Positions 1-9,738 of a DNA stretch of 64,000 nucleotides are shown here, piece after piece. The stretch covers positions 1,221 through 65,220 of the forward strand of contig CBFFRP010000293.1 of assembly GCA_965644295.1 (NCBI GenBank), read 5' to 3'. Within the stretch, counting starts at the first letter, position 1. The number at the start of each line of letters is the position of its first letter. Both the position numbers and the translations under genes were made by a program. The notes beneath the pieces were generated by a model. It worked only from the letters and a program-made list of their open reading frames with translations. It was not told the DNA's origin and did not search any database. This DNA comes from Paraphysomonas bandaiensis. Its lineage: Eukaryota; Protista; Chrysophyceae.

Positions 1-2
1 AG

Positions 3-1289
3 AAAGAATTAACGGAACAGCAGGACAGGGCGATTACCCATCCGAGCGCATCTAGAGAACGCAAGACTATTTTCATGAAAGAGGTTGAGGAGACTACACA
101 TCTGGCGGAGAGAAGGCAAGTAGTTGTACAAATGCCTACTCCCTCTCATTCGCACATATTCCTAAATTCAATGGACCTGGCGGACTATGCTCAATTTGTG
201 ACCAAGTGGTTTGACTGGCAGGTCAAATATGGTGTGAGACTAGAGCCGGCCCTCATTGTTTCCCAAAGCATTCGAAATCTACTAATTTTCAACAATGATA
301 TGACGGAATCTCAGTTTCAAGAACTCTCACCTGAACAATTTTGCAAGCTGATGGCTAAAGAAACTCAAGTACTGTCCAAGCTCGAGTTTTCCAACACGTT
401 AAGGCATGCCCTAAGAGACATCAAAAAGTTAAACTGGGAAAGAGTTAGACCGAATACTCACGAGAGGTTCTTCCAAGGCATTCTGAGGCGTAGAGACATA
501 TACTTAAGGACCTTCAGGATTATTATGGAGAACAATAGGCAGTATTGCCCAGACCTGGAAGGCAAGGACTTTGGGTTAGCCCAAGTATTCCTAAATTTGA
601 TTGATGATACTTACAACAAGACTGTCTTGGCCGAAATTCCCAAGGTCAAGGCAGGGAACTACTCCAAGGTCGAAGAGTTCCTGGAAGCTTATGTTAAGAA
701 GGCTAAGGAGCACTATGACACGTCGAAGCGTATTAGACTGGTGCCATACAGTGGTGAAGACTATAGCATGAAAAGTCATGACATGCGCAAGAACAAGCAG
801 TACTCTTCACAGGAAGACAAGTACAAAGGACATGAGACAAAAACGTATCCGATGACCAGTGGGGAAGCTAAGCCTTTGCACCAGATAAATGACTTCAGTG
901 ATGATGAAGATCAGGAGCCACGGGAATCCAGAAATGCAGAGCCAGACTCAGATGACGACTCTGACTATGAGGAAGATCCAAAGACCACTGCAGAAGGTCA
1001 TGACACGAATCAGCGCTACGAGGACAAAGTGGACCAGCAGACGGCAAGAGATCAGGACACAGACTACAGAAGGCTACAAGCCATAGAGGCAACTGCTACT
1101 GGGTTGGGATGTGTCAATTTCGCCTTGTATGGGAAGTGCTTTAGAGGAGACCAGTGCAAATATGCCGGAAGTCACAATGAGAAGTGTGCAAAGGACTGCA
1201 GACAGTGGATGATGAAGAAGTTGGCGACGATGGAAAGAGATGGTCCGGGACCTCCTAAGATAATGAAGCGTGATCCAACGAAATCTTGA
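3..1289 (+). CDS. gag: gypsy Gag (frame open from the window start; C-terminal CCCH zinc finger)
   Basis: ORF 75..1289 is open back to position 3, lies upstream of and in frame with pol, and carries C-x8-C-x5-C-x5-H near its end. Confidence 0.8.
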   Translation, partial: KELTEQQDRAITHPSASRERKTIFMKEVEETTHLAERRQVVVQMPTPSHSHIFLNSMDLADYAQFVTKWFDWQVKYGVRLEPALIVSQSIRNLLIFNNDMTESQFQELSPEQFCKLMAKETQVLSKLEFSNTLRHALRDIKKLNWERVRPNTHERFFQGILRRRDIYLRTFRIIMENNRQYCPDLEGKDFGLAQVFLNLIDDTYNKTVLAEIPKVKAGNYSKVEEFLEAYVKKAKEHYDTSKRIRLVPYSGEDYSMKSHDMRKNKQYSSQEDKYKGHETKTYPMTSGEAKPLHQINDFSDDEDQEPRESRNAEPDSDDDSDYEEDPKTTAEGHDTNQRYEDKVDQQTARDQDTDYRRLQAIEATATGLGCVNFALYGKCFRGDQCKYAGSHNEKCAKDCRQWMMKKLATMERDGPGPPKIMKRDPTKS

Positions 1290-4200
1290 CTACTGCAGGG
1301 TCTTTCTGGGCCCCCTGTTGTCAGTGAAACAATAAGCTCACACAGCAGGAAGGCTTGCAGAAAGGCCCTGGAGCGAAGTTTCCTGCAGGCATGCGGCATA
1401 GGCAGGAGACTATGGACTGCCGCACACACTAAAGCGAGGATTGAAGTAGTAGATAGGAAGAACGTGGAAATAAGAAGAGACGTAGAGACATCAGTACTGT
1501 TCGACACGGGAGCCCTCTGTTCGAACTACATCAGCATAAGGAAGTTTAGAGATATCGAGAAACACATGCATACTAAGGACATAATACACAAGAGAACAAA
1601 AGTCGGATTAGCAGACAATAAGACAGTGGCATGGAGTGACATCATGGTGAGACTTACCTTGAAGTTCGAGGATCGTTCACTGAGCGCGGTTTCATGCAAA
1701 TACTCTGGAGAATTTATTGTGTTGGACATGAAAGATAATGAGATCATAATTGGGTTACCTGCGATACTAGGGGACTTGTGGGACTTCTTTTGCTACAGTC
1801 TAAAAGGCAATGCAGAAAGAAAGATTAGAACGAGCGTGCCAGATGCGGAGGAGGAGATGTTGCAGTTCTTGGCATCCATGGACAACGTAGTGCATCCCTG
1901 GTCAAATAGTATGGAGGGAGAGCCACCGGAAGAAGAAATGTCTCCGTTGCCAGTGCAGTTTGGTGAGGTGATCAAGTTTTTGGGAAAAAGCAGAGAAGAA
2001 GCCATTCAGGAATTCAAGGATTTGATGCCCGAGCATATAGCTGAAGATTTTGACAAAGCAACACCTGTTCGAGAACTGTTACTAAATGAAGGTTTGAAAG
2101 TTTTTGTACCAGAGACATGGACTGGTATCAGAGGTGTTGAACCATTAAAACTCACCTTCAAAGACACTTTACCTCAGCGACTCAAGCCCAAAGCCAGACC
2201 CATAAACCCAAGACTCTGGGAGGCAGCAGAAAAGGAATTTTTGAGACTGCGTGGATACATGTACGAGAAGAGTAGGTCACCATGGGCGTCTTGCTTGGTT
2301 GTGGCTCCCAAGGCTACGAAGCCGTTCATCAGGTTCTGTGGTGATTACGTAGAGATCAACAAGCATATTCACATTGGTAACTACACTATACCTAATATTA
2401 GGCACCAGTTGGATCGTATCATGGGGTACAAGGTATTTTTAGACATAGATCTCACAAATGCCTTCCACCAAATCCCATTACATGAAGAGACGGCGGAGAA
2501 GCTATCCATTCAAACTCCTTGGGGTCAATATCAACCACGATTCATGCCTGAGGGAATAGGTCCTGCTACTGGCGTTTTACAAGAGACTGTCAATGCATTG
2601 TTTTCAGACTTACCGTGGGCCATAGTGATATTCGACAACATTTTGCTTCTGGCGATGGATTACCAAGAGGCATACGAGAGACTGAAAATCTTTATCGAGA
2701 GATGCATACAACACAATGTTGTTCTCAAGTTTGCAAAGAGCTGGCTAGGTTTTGGAGAAGTCAAGTTCTTTGGCTATAGATGTAAGCACCAGAGCTTTGA
2801 GTTGACAGAGGATAGAAAGGCTGCATTACTTGAGATACCTTTTCCAGAATCCGGGAACAGATCCAAGAAAATCAGATCATTATTAGGATGTGGAGTTTTC
2901 TTTGCACCTTTTGTGAAAAATTACAGTGAGAAAGTTAGACATTTGACAGATCTTACGAAACCTGAATTCGACTGGTCAGATGAGTCAAAGTGGGAGCACG
3001 ACTATAGACAGGAATTCGAAGATTTCAAGAAGGATTTGCAAGAGGCATGTGCACTTCATTACCCAGATTACGAGCTGCCATGGGTGATAAGAACTGATGC
3101 GAGTGAGATAGGTGTTGGCGGAGTCCTCATTCAAATCAAGACACATGCAGACGGTTCAAAGGAGGAGCAAATTATAGCGCTGATCTCCAAAAGATTCTCT
3201 AAGCAAGCACAGAAGTGGGATACTATTGAGCAGGAGGGATTTGCAATCTACTATGTGGTCAAGAGACTGGCGTATTATCTAATCGGGAAGGAGTTTTTGT
3301 TGGAGACGGATCATAACAACCTGAGATGGATAGAAGCGTCAGAAGTACCCAAGATTATACGATGGAGAATTTACCTGCAGTCATTTGTGTTTAAGGTGAG
3401 ACATATCCCTGGAAAAGAAAATGTACTGGCCGATACACTCTCCAGACTCCATCTATGTGTTGCTGAAGAGGACGAGCATGAAGATTGTCATACAGCGGAA
3501 GGGCTATGCCACCTGTGTAATGAAGATGACGAATTTGAGGAGGAGGAGTTAGAATATGAACAGCGCATGAGTACCTTATGCAATATGTTTGATGAGGAAG
3601 AGGTGCTAGGAGAGGAGATCAAACCCACCCCTAACCATTTGCAGCTCACACCAACGGAGTGTTTAGATCAGGTTCACAATGCCCAAGTCGGACACTGGGG
3701 AGAGCGCGAGACCTGGAGGAGACTGAACAGGGATTTCCCTGGGCATGGCATATCCCAGCGACAAGTTAAGGACTATATAGACCGATGCGCAAATTGCCAG
3801 AAGTCCAGGAGGGAGATGAAAACTCGGCTGATCCCTGTGCAGAGACACTTGAAACCTCCAACACACAGGACCGCAATCGGTATAGATGCATTAGCCATTA
3901 CACCCCACGGCCGCAATGGAGAGACACACATTAACGTCATTGTGAATTTGTTTACGGAGCTAGCGTTTTTGAACCCAGTGAAAGGATGCTCAGCAAAGAC
4001 CCTGGCGGATTCAGTCTGGAAGTATTGGGCGAATTTCGGTTTTACTGACATGATCATATCTGATTTGGGACCAGATTTAAATTCAGCGTTATTCAAGGAA
4101 TTGACCGATCTGGTGGGAGTTCGGCATGTCTTCAGCATTGCGAACAAACATGTCAATGGTTGCGAGCGGGTGAATAAGGAAGTGGGACGACACTTGCGAG

Positions 4201-5267
4201 CATTGGTATATGACACCAGAGAGAAGGATGTTTTTGACGACCCAACCTTCATCCCCAGCGTCCAAATCATTCTCAACACACACAGATCAGCAGAGACAAA
4301 CTATACTCCATTTGAGCTGACTTTTGGGACACCAGACTCAGTCTATAGTGATCTCGCGAAGAAATTCGAGCGTGTCCCTGAGCACCTATACCTCCAGAAG
4401 ATGCACGAGAACCTTCACCAGTTACGCAACGCATCTAGACAATACCAAGAGACTCTGATCAAGAAGAGAGTGGAGGGTCCTAACCAGAGGATGGGTCCCC
4501 AGAACAAATTCCAGAAAGGGGATCTGGTCTTGTACGACCCAGGAGTGAGACCGGTGCCGAAGCTGTCTACAAAACGCAAGGGACCTTTCGAGGTAGTTCA
4601 CCAGTACAAGAATGACGTAGACTGCAGAAATGTATTAACAGGGGCTATTCACAAATATTCTGTAACTGACCTAGAGTACTTTGTGGGTTCAAAGGAGGAT
4701 GCCGTGGAAGCTGCCATCCGAGATCAAGAGCAATTCAGAGTCAAGGTGATTCATGGGTACAAGGGAGATTCCAACCACCGTACTAGCATGACATTCATTG
4801 TGGAGTATGCAGATGGGGACATACTGGAAGTACCATGGAGTAGAGATCTATTCGATTGTCAGGCATATGAAGATTTCTGTAAATCTAGGAAGTACTTACA
4901 TCACCTCATCCTGGATCAGAATCAGGTCACTCCTTTCAAGACTCAGCTCAGGAGGGCAGACGTCACAGCAGTGCAAGTAGGTGATAGAGTGTATGTGGAT
5001 CTTCGTTTCTTTGGGGATCAGTGGTATCAGAGCTTGGACCTTCCAGACTTTTCTACAAAATCGTATGTGGTGGTCTTCGAATACACGCATTGGTACCACA
5101 GGACATCTAAAAAGAAGATTAGCGCTCGTTTTCTGCTTAATGGTGCTACTTACGCCCTCGATAATTATCTTGTGTTTGCGTGGGGCTCAGTCAAGACCTT
5201 CGATGAGACCTACATGGTGCTGGTGGATGCAGACATAGCCAAAAGGTATCCCCGCATAGTTGAATAG
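1290..5267 (+). CDS. pol: gypsy Pol (protease, RT, RNase H, integrase, chromo-like and extra C-terminal domain)
   Basis: LFDTGA protease; LDLTNAFHQI and IFDN RT motifs; TDASE..G and ETDH RNase H; H..H/CANC, D-D-E and KGPF integrase motifs. The frame is open from 1290. Confidence 0.95.
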   Translation, partial: LLQGLSGPPVVSETISSHSRKACRKALERSFLQACGIGRRLWTAAHTKARIEVVDRKNVEIRRDVETSVLFDTGALCSNYISIRKFRDIEKHMHTKDIIHKRTKVGLADNKTVAWSDIMVRLTLKFEDRSLSAVSCKYSGEFIVLDMKDNEIIIGLPAILGDLWDFFCYSLKGNAERKIRTSVPDAEEEMLQFLASMDNVVHPWSNSMEGEPPEEEMSPLPVQFGEVIKFLGKSREEAIQEFKDLMPEHIAEDFDKATPVRELLLNEGLKVFVPETWTGIRGVEPLKLTFKDTLPQRLKPKARPINPRLWEAAEKEFLRLRGYMYEKSRSPWASCLVVAPKATKPFIRFCGDYVEINKHIHIGNYTIPNIRHQLDRIMGYKVFLDIDLTNAFHQIPLHEETAEKLSIQTPWGQYQPRFMPEGIGPATGVLQETVNALFSDLPWAIVIFDNILLLAMDYQEAYERLKIFIERCIQHNVVLKFAKSWLGFGEVKFFGYRCKHQSFELTEDRKAALLEIPFPESGNRSKKIRSLLGCGVFFAPFVKNYSEKVRHLTDLTKPEFDWSDESKWEHDYRQEFEDFKKDLQEACALHYPDYELPWVIRTDASEIGVGGVLIQIKTHADGSKEEQIIALISKRFSKQAQKWDTIEQEGFAIYYVVKRLAYYLIGKEFLLETDHNNLRWIEASEVPKIIRWRIYLQSFVFKVRHIPGKENVLADTLSRLHLCVAEEDEHEDCHTAEGLCHLCNEDDEFEEEELEYEQRMSTLCNMFDEEEVLGEEIKPTPNHLQLTPTECLDQVHNAQVGHWGERETWRRLNRDFPGHGISQRQVKDYIDRCANCQKSRREMKTRLIPVQRHLKPPTHRTAIGIDALAITPHGRNGETHINVIVNLFTELAFLNPVKGCSAKTLADSVWKYWANFGFTDMIISDLGPDLNSALFKELTDLVGVRHVFSIANKHVNGCERVNKEVGRHLRALVYDTREKDVFDDPTFIPSVQIILNTHRSAETNYTPFELTFGTPDSVYSDLAKKFERVPEHLYLQKMHENLHQLRNASRQYQETLIKKRVEGPNQRMGPQNKFQKGDLVLYDPGVRPVPKLSTKRKGPFEVVHQYKNDVDCRNVLTGAIHKYSVTDLEYFVGSKEDAVEAAIRDQEQFRVKVIHGYKGDSNHRTSMTFIVEYADGDILEVPWSRDLFDCQAYEDFCKSRKYLHHLILDQNQVTPFKTQLRRADVTAVQVGDRVYVDLRFFGDQWYQSLDLPDFSTKSYVVVFEYTHWYHRTSKKKISARFLLNGATYALDNYLVFAWGSVKTFDETYMVLVDADIAKRYPRIVE

Positions 5268-6260
5268 CATAACAGAGAGGGGGAGGGGGCAGTGTAACGC
5301 CGAGGCGTCAAACTAATCACATACCACAAGACCAGTGAGGTTAATATGCTACAAGGGGGGCTCTAGTGGACTGTGTGTGTATGTACAGTCTGCATCTTAT
5401 CTTCGGATGAAGACACACTTCACTCTCGGATTACAAGTGCCGCTGTTTTTGCTGTATGGGCAATGGAGAGATCTGATTGGTGTACTCGGGTTATACTGTT
5501 TTGTATACTGTATGGAATACAGGCTGTATTGTCTATATGTATATGCTGTATAACGGTGCTGGAATACGGACTGTACTTGGTGGTGATGTGTTTGCAGAGT
5601 GTGTTGTGTGACACGAGGTACATAAGTACGCAATGATGCAGTTATAGGTACATGTAGGGACTATTACTATACAGCTGCTGTATTATGTATTGCTGCTGAA
5701 CGCTGATTGGCTAGTCACTGCATTTTTGGTCTGTGGCTGTTGAGTTGGTTTAAGGCTCTTCCTATAGGCCTCTACGTGAATCTTCCAGAAGGTGGATATC
5801 TCCACAAAATTGGCGAAATGTTGCTGAATTTTCTGCAGAATATTGTTCTTTGTTCTCTGCTGTGTTTCTAGATAGTTCATAGAATTAAAATGGTTCTGTA
5901 TGAGTTGTTTGTCTTCTATGTGCTGTCATTATTATGTTACTAGCCTTGCTGTTCAGATAAGTGCTTGAGGGTGCTCAGGCAGTTGCAGGGCATAGTAATA
6001 AGCATATTTATCTCTACATTATCTATTTTCTTGTTACATTCGCACATTCATTTCATATACATAGCTGCACCCGGTGTGATACCCCGGGTTAGGTCAAAAC
6101 AGAACTAAAGTTCCATCAAAGGTAAAGCACCTTGGGTTTAACTATTAATCATCTATTCGTCTTGGTTTTTCATCAGGATTTGGGGTGTTTGGAGAATCTA
6201 TATATGGTCTCCATTAGCGGCTGGGAGTTGCATTAGAAGCTGTGTGTTATACTCTGGTGA

Positions 6261-7725
6261 CTCCACTGTGCTGCACCCTTCCGTGCCCATCTGGACTGAT
6301 TGTCAGGCGGTGCAGACGCGGACCAAAGAGGCCCTATATCACACAGACGGCGCGCCCTCTCGGAAGAAGGCCCCACAGGGCATATTTTACGAAAGCCTCG
6401 CCACCACACCTCTCAAACAACGCCCCATAAAATGGACGCGCACACACCCAGAACGCAGAACTCAAGACCAAAGCAACTGGACCTACAACGACCACGGCAT
6501 CTATACCGCCGACGCTGCCGCTAGTGGTGATTGGAATACACTGGACAGAGTGCTCGGAGCCTCCAACTACAGTGTTGTCACAACGGACGCTACGCACATA
6601 CTGGAAGAATTCTTAACCACGGGTCAATGGCACTGGCGAAGATACGACACACACCTCCTCACAGACCTCGGTCCCATGCTAGGAGACGTCACAGATCTCC
6701 ACCACCAGAGAGACCTCCATCAATACACCCTCCGAAGAGATAGCGTGTATGCTGCACAAACGCAGCGAGACCCGCAGTATTGGACACAAAGCGGAACGAG
6801 GCTCCCACATAAGCTCCATTCTCTCCTTACCACATAACTCCTCTAACTACTCTATCTACGTATACGCGAGACGGCATACGGATGGGACAATCATACGCGA
6901 TGGGAAGAAACCGGACCAAAGGAAGAACCGGCATGATCACATAACAGCCTCGGCGTGCGCAGACACTGCACACCCAAAAGACAACATGGCGCACATGCTT
7001 CTCACCTGCACACACCAGGACCTCACTCAAATACGTGAAGATGTTCACCAAGCACACCACAGCAAGCTAGGTAAACTTCGCGCACGTACGCTCCCCCAAC
7101 CCTGGTTTCATACCGCCATAACCATCAGTTCCACGTCCTCGAAAAATCCGTGACCTCTATTCTCCTTCCCCTATATGATGGAGGGCTCCGCATGCTTCAA
7201 AACAGAGGACTCAGACACCACAACATAGACACGGCACCAGTAACACCGATTACGACCCCCCCACAATCACAGCAACGCCAGTCCCAGGATACGCACCCAC
7301 CACCAAAAATACTCCAAAACTACTCCAAGCGACATCCACCCCAAGAATTCTACCCTCTGTTAGAGTCGGAAGCCGACAGAGACAAGCGCCACCACTCCGG
7401 AAACAACTCCTCCTTACCTGTGGCAGAAATCCCACATCGACAACCAGCACCATCTCCACAACCGACCTACATTTTCATATACACCTCTAGCCCCACTCAT
7501 CCCCCGCCACACACACGACACAGGCCCGCAAGACACACTGCCCAAAGGCAGACCCCCCGACTAGCCTCACTACAAGGGACGGTTGCACAAGCAGTGATGC
7601 ACAAGCAGTCCCGAGACGGTTGCCCACCACTAGTCGTAAATAGCAAGCCCAGTTATTAGTTAGTCTATTGATGTAAAACTAGTTTCTGAACACAACCGTT
7701 CTCATGTAATAAAATCAGATATTCC
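6261..7725 (+). mobile_element. 5'-truncated, degenerate non-LTR retrotransposon (LINE; RNase H C-half plus CCHC-like motif)
   Basis: IWTDCQAV and KWTRTHPE...GIYTADAAA are RNase H motifs; ACAD...DNMAHMLLTC resembles the LINE ORF2 C-terminal Zn motif. Composition is C/A-rich, AATAAA lies near the end, and an 11-bp direct repeat TACTCTGGTGA flanks it (6250-6260, 7726-7736). Confidence 0.75.
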
Positions 7726-8874
7726 TACTCTGGTGATTGCCATCTACGGTTACGAGAGTGGTTTGTGTACACATATGAACTTCAACGTGATGATTGACCT
7801 ACATTATTACACCCTTATCATCATGCATAGCATAATGTGCATGTGCTTGTATCTATGGCTTGGCTGTCAGAAGCACTTTAGCAAGTATATGTGACATGAA
7901 TATGATTATGAATAGTATATATATTATATATATGTTATATGTACACAATATATATATCGCCTGGGGGTATGTTCATCTTGTTTTGAGGTTATTGGTGAAC
8001 AGTGTGTGATAGTCATATTCGTGTGGTGTGCACTGAACCCTAATTGGTGTTCGGAGGGAGTACTAACTGGACATGTCTGCTACATTGAACATTATTGGTG
8101 GGCCAAGTCTCAACGTCTACCTCTTACCAGTGTTGGAGTATTGGCGCCTTTCCAGGATAGGCGTTCAGAGTGACACAGTTGATATTTGATATATCGTGCT
8201 CTTGTGCCATATCACAACTCAGTCATGACTTCTCTAGATTTCAACGTAATAGATAGTTGACGGACCATTTATCTCAAAATAGCACTTCCATGATTACATC
8301 AACGAACAGAATCTAGAGAAATATTTTTAGTTAGATACTGCATAAATAAGTTCGCTACCATATCTGATGATCATTTAAGATTCGACATATGTAAGATATA
8401 TATTATTAACTTTAATCTTTTCCGACATAAATTCATATTTAAATCGATAGTGTACAAAAAAACGAAGGTGTCAATAAAATCACGTAAAGGTGACAGGTTC
8501 GAGTGTGCCTAACCAGCAGGCTTACTCTACACAACGATGATATCAGCCAGTACGTAAACAATATAAATAATAATCTCAATGAATTGCATCAAAAGAAAAA
8601 ACTTGCAACCTCTCACCATAGAGGTGTCATATTACATGATAATATATTCATAAAGAAAAAGACAGTACAAATTCGTGGTGATATCTCAACCACTCACCAG
8701 ATATTATTGTACATAGTAACAATACTAAAATTGATACCACTGAGCACTACCGTTTCTATCTACTTTCCTAATAAACAGTATATTCTATGAAAATGAAGGG
8801 TCCCCAAGCGAAAACCACGCACTAAAAAACAGCAAAAAATATACCTGTGAGAAGGTGATGTGGCACCAACCACG

Positions 8875-9270
8875 TCAATCCTTTACAATGAATACGTTAT
8901 GACGTACTTCTAATACGGTCTCCTTTTGAGACCTAGAAGTAATAGCGTCGAAGCTTTTCATACGATTTTCATTTTCTTGTTGTAATTCCATTGATATCCT
9001 GGCTTCACCAGTGAATATCATGTGATCCTCCACAGTGATGTACATCAACTTAGCACTGCGAACACAACCCAACTTTTCGAAAGCCTCAACTACATCGCTG
9101 AGAGTGTAATCCAGAGGAAGATTGGTTGCGCAGATATCAATGAGAGGAACTCCTGTCGTCATAGTCATGAAGGATAAATATACTCTGCAAGTGGAATAAA
9201 CACCTTTGCATTAACACTGTAGCGCTAATCTCTGGTCCACGTCACCAAAGTAAATATCAGTCCATTCCAT
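8875..9270 (-). CDS. small RRM-fold protein (probable short upstream exon)
   Basis: ICATNLPLDYTLSDVVEAFEKLGCVRSAKL resembles RNP2-helix1 of an RRM; possible first exon MEWTDIYFG. Confidence 0.5.
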
Positions 9271-9738
9271 CGTCTGTCCAAAGTGCGATGTGTTCTGGAT
9301 GCATTTAATCGTCACCCAAAAGTGTTGCGGGGTATTCTGGTGTTCTGTGAAGTGGGAGTCAATATTGGCTAGATATTACGCACCAAATAAAAACGTGGAA
9401 TAGATACATGATTGGCTAGAGTCCATTCTCTATGCACAGCTCTGCTATATACGGAACGTATCTGGAGCATAGACTACAGCAGCCTGACACATATGCACAG
9501 CTCTGCTGGTTCGTATACGTCGTAGTACTGCATGATACTGTATATGCATCTATATACAGCGTTGTAATATCCTGCCTACAGCGACAAGCAATCCATGGAG
9601 CCGCTCAATCGATAGAGATCTACAGATTATAGGATACAGAAGTGAGCAGTGCCATAGGCAACTGACAGCTTTTATTTGCGGAAGAATTCTCTGGTTCCGC
9701 ATCAGCGTCGCATCTGTGGTGATATACTGTTACACGAT

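Larger units (their letters stand above)
1..8175 (+). mobile_element. Ty3/gypsy LTR retrotransposon (5' part outside window); 3' LTR starts at 5293, right end uncertain (6038 or about 8175 with a LINE inside)
   Basis: gag plus pol in PR-RT-RH-IN order; polypurine tract AGAGAGGGGGAGGGGGCAG at 5274-5292 followed directly by TGTAAC at 5293. Candidate LTR ends are GTTACA (6038) or GTGACA (8175). Confidence 0.9.

Noticed and set aside
1287-1289. UGA as selenocysteine or an alternative genetic code
   Set aside because: Host genes use TGA as an ordinary stop (11903-11905, 29998-30000), and the context fits readthrough better.
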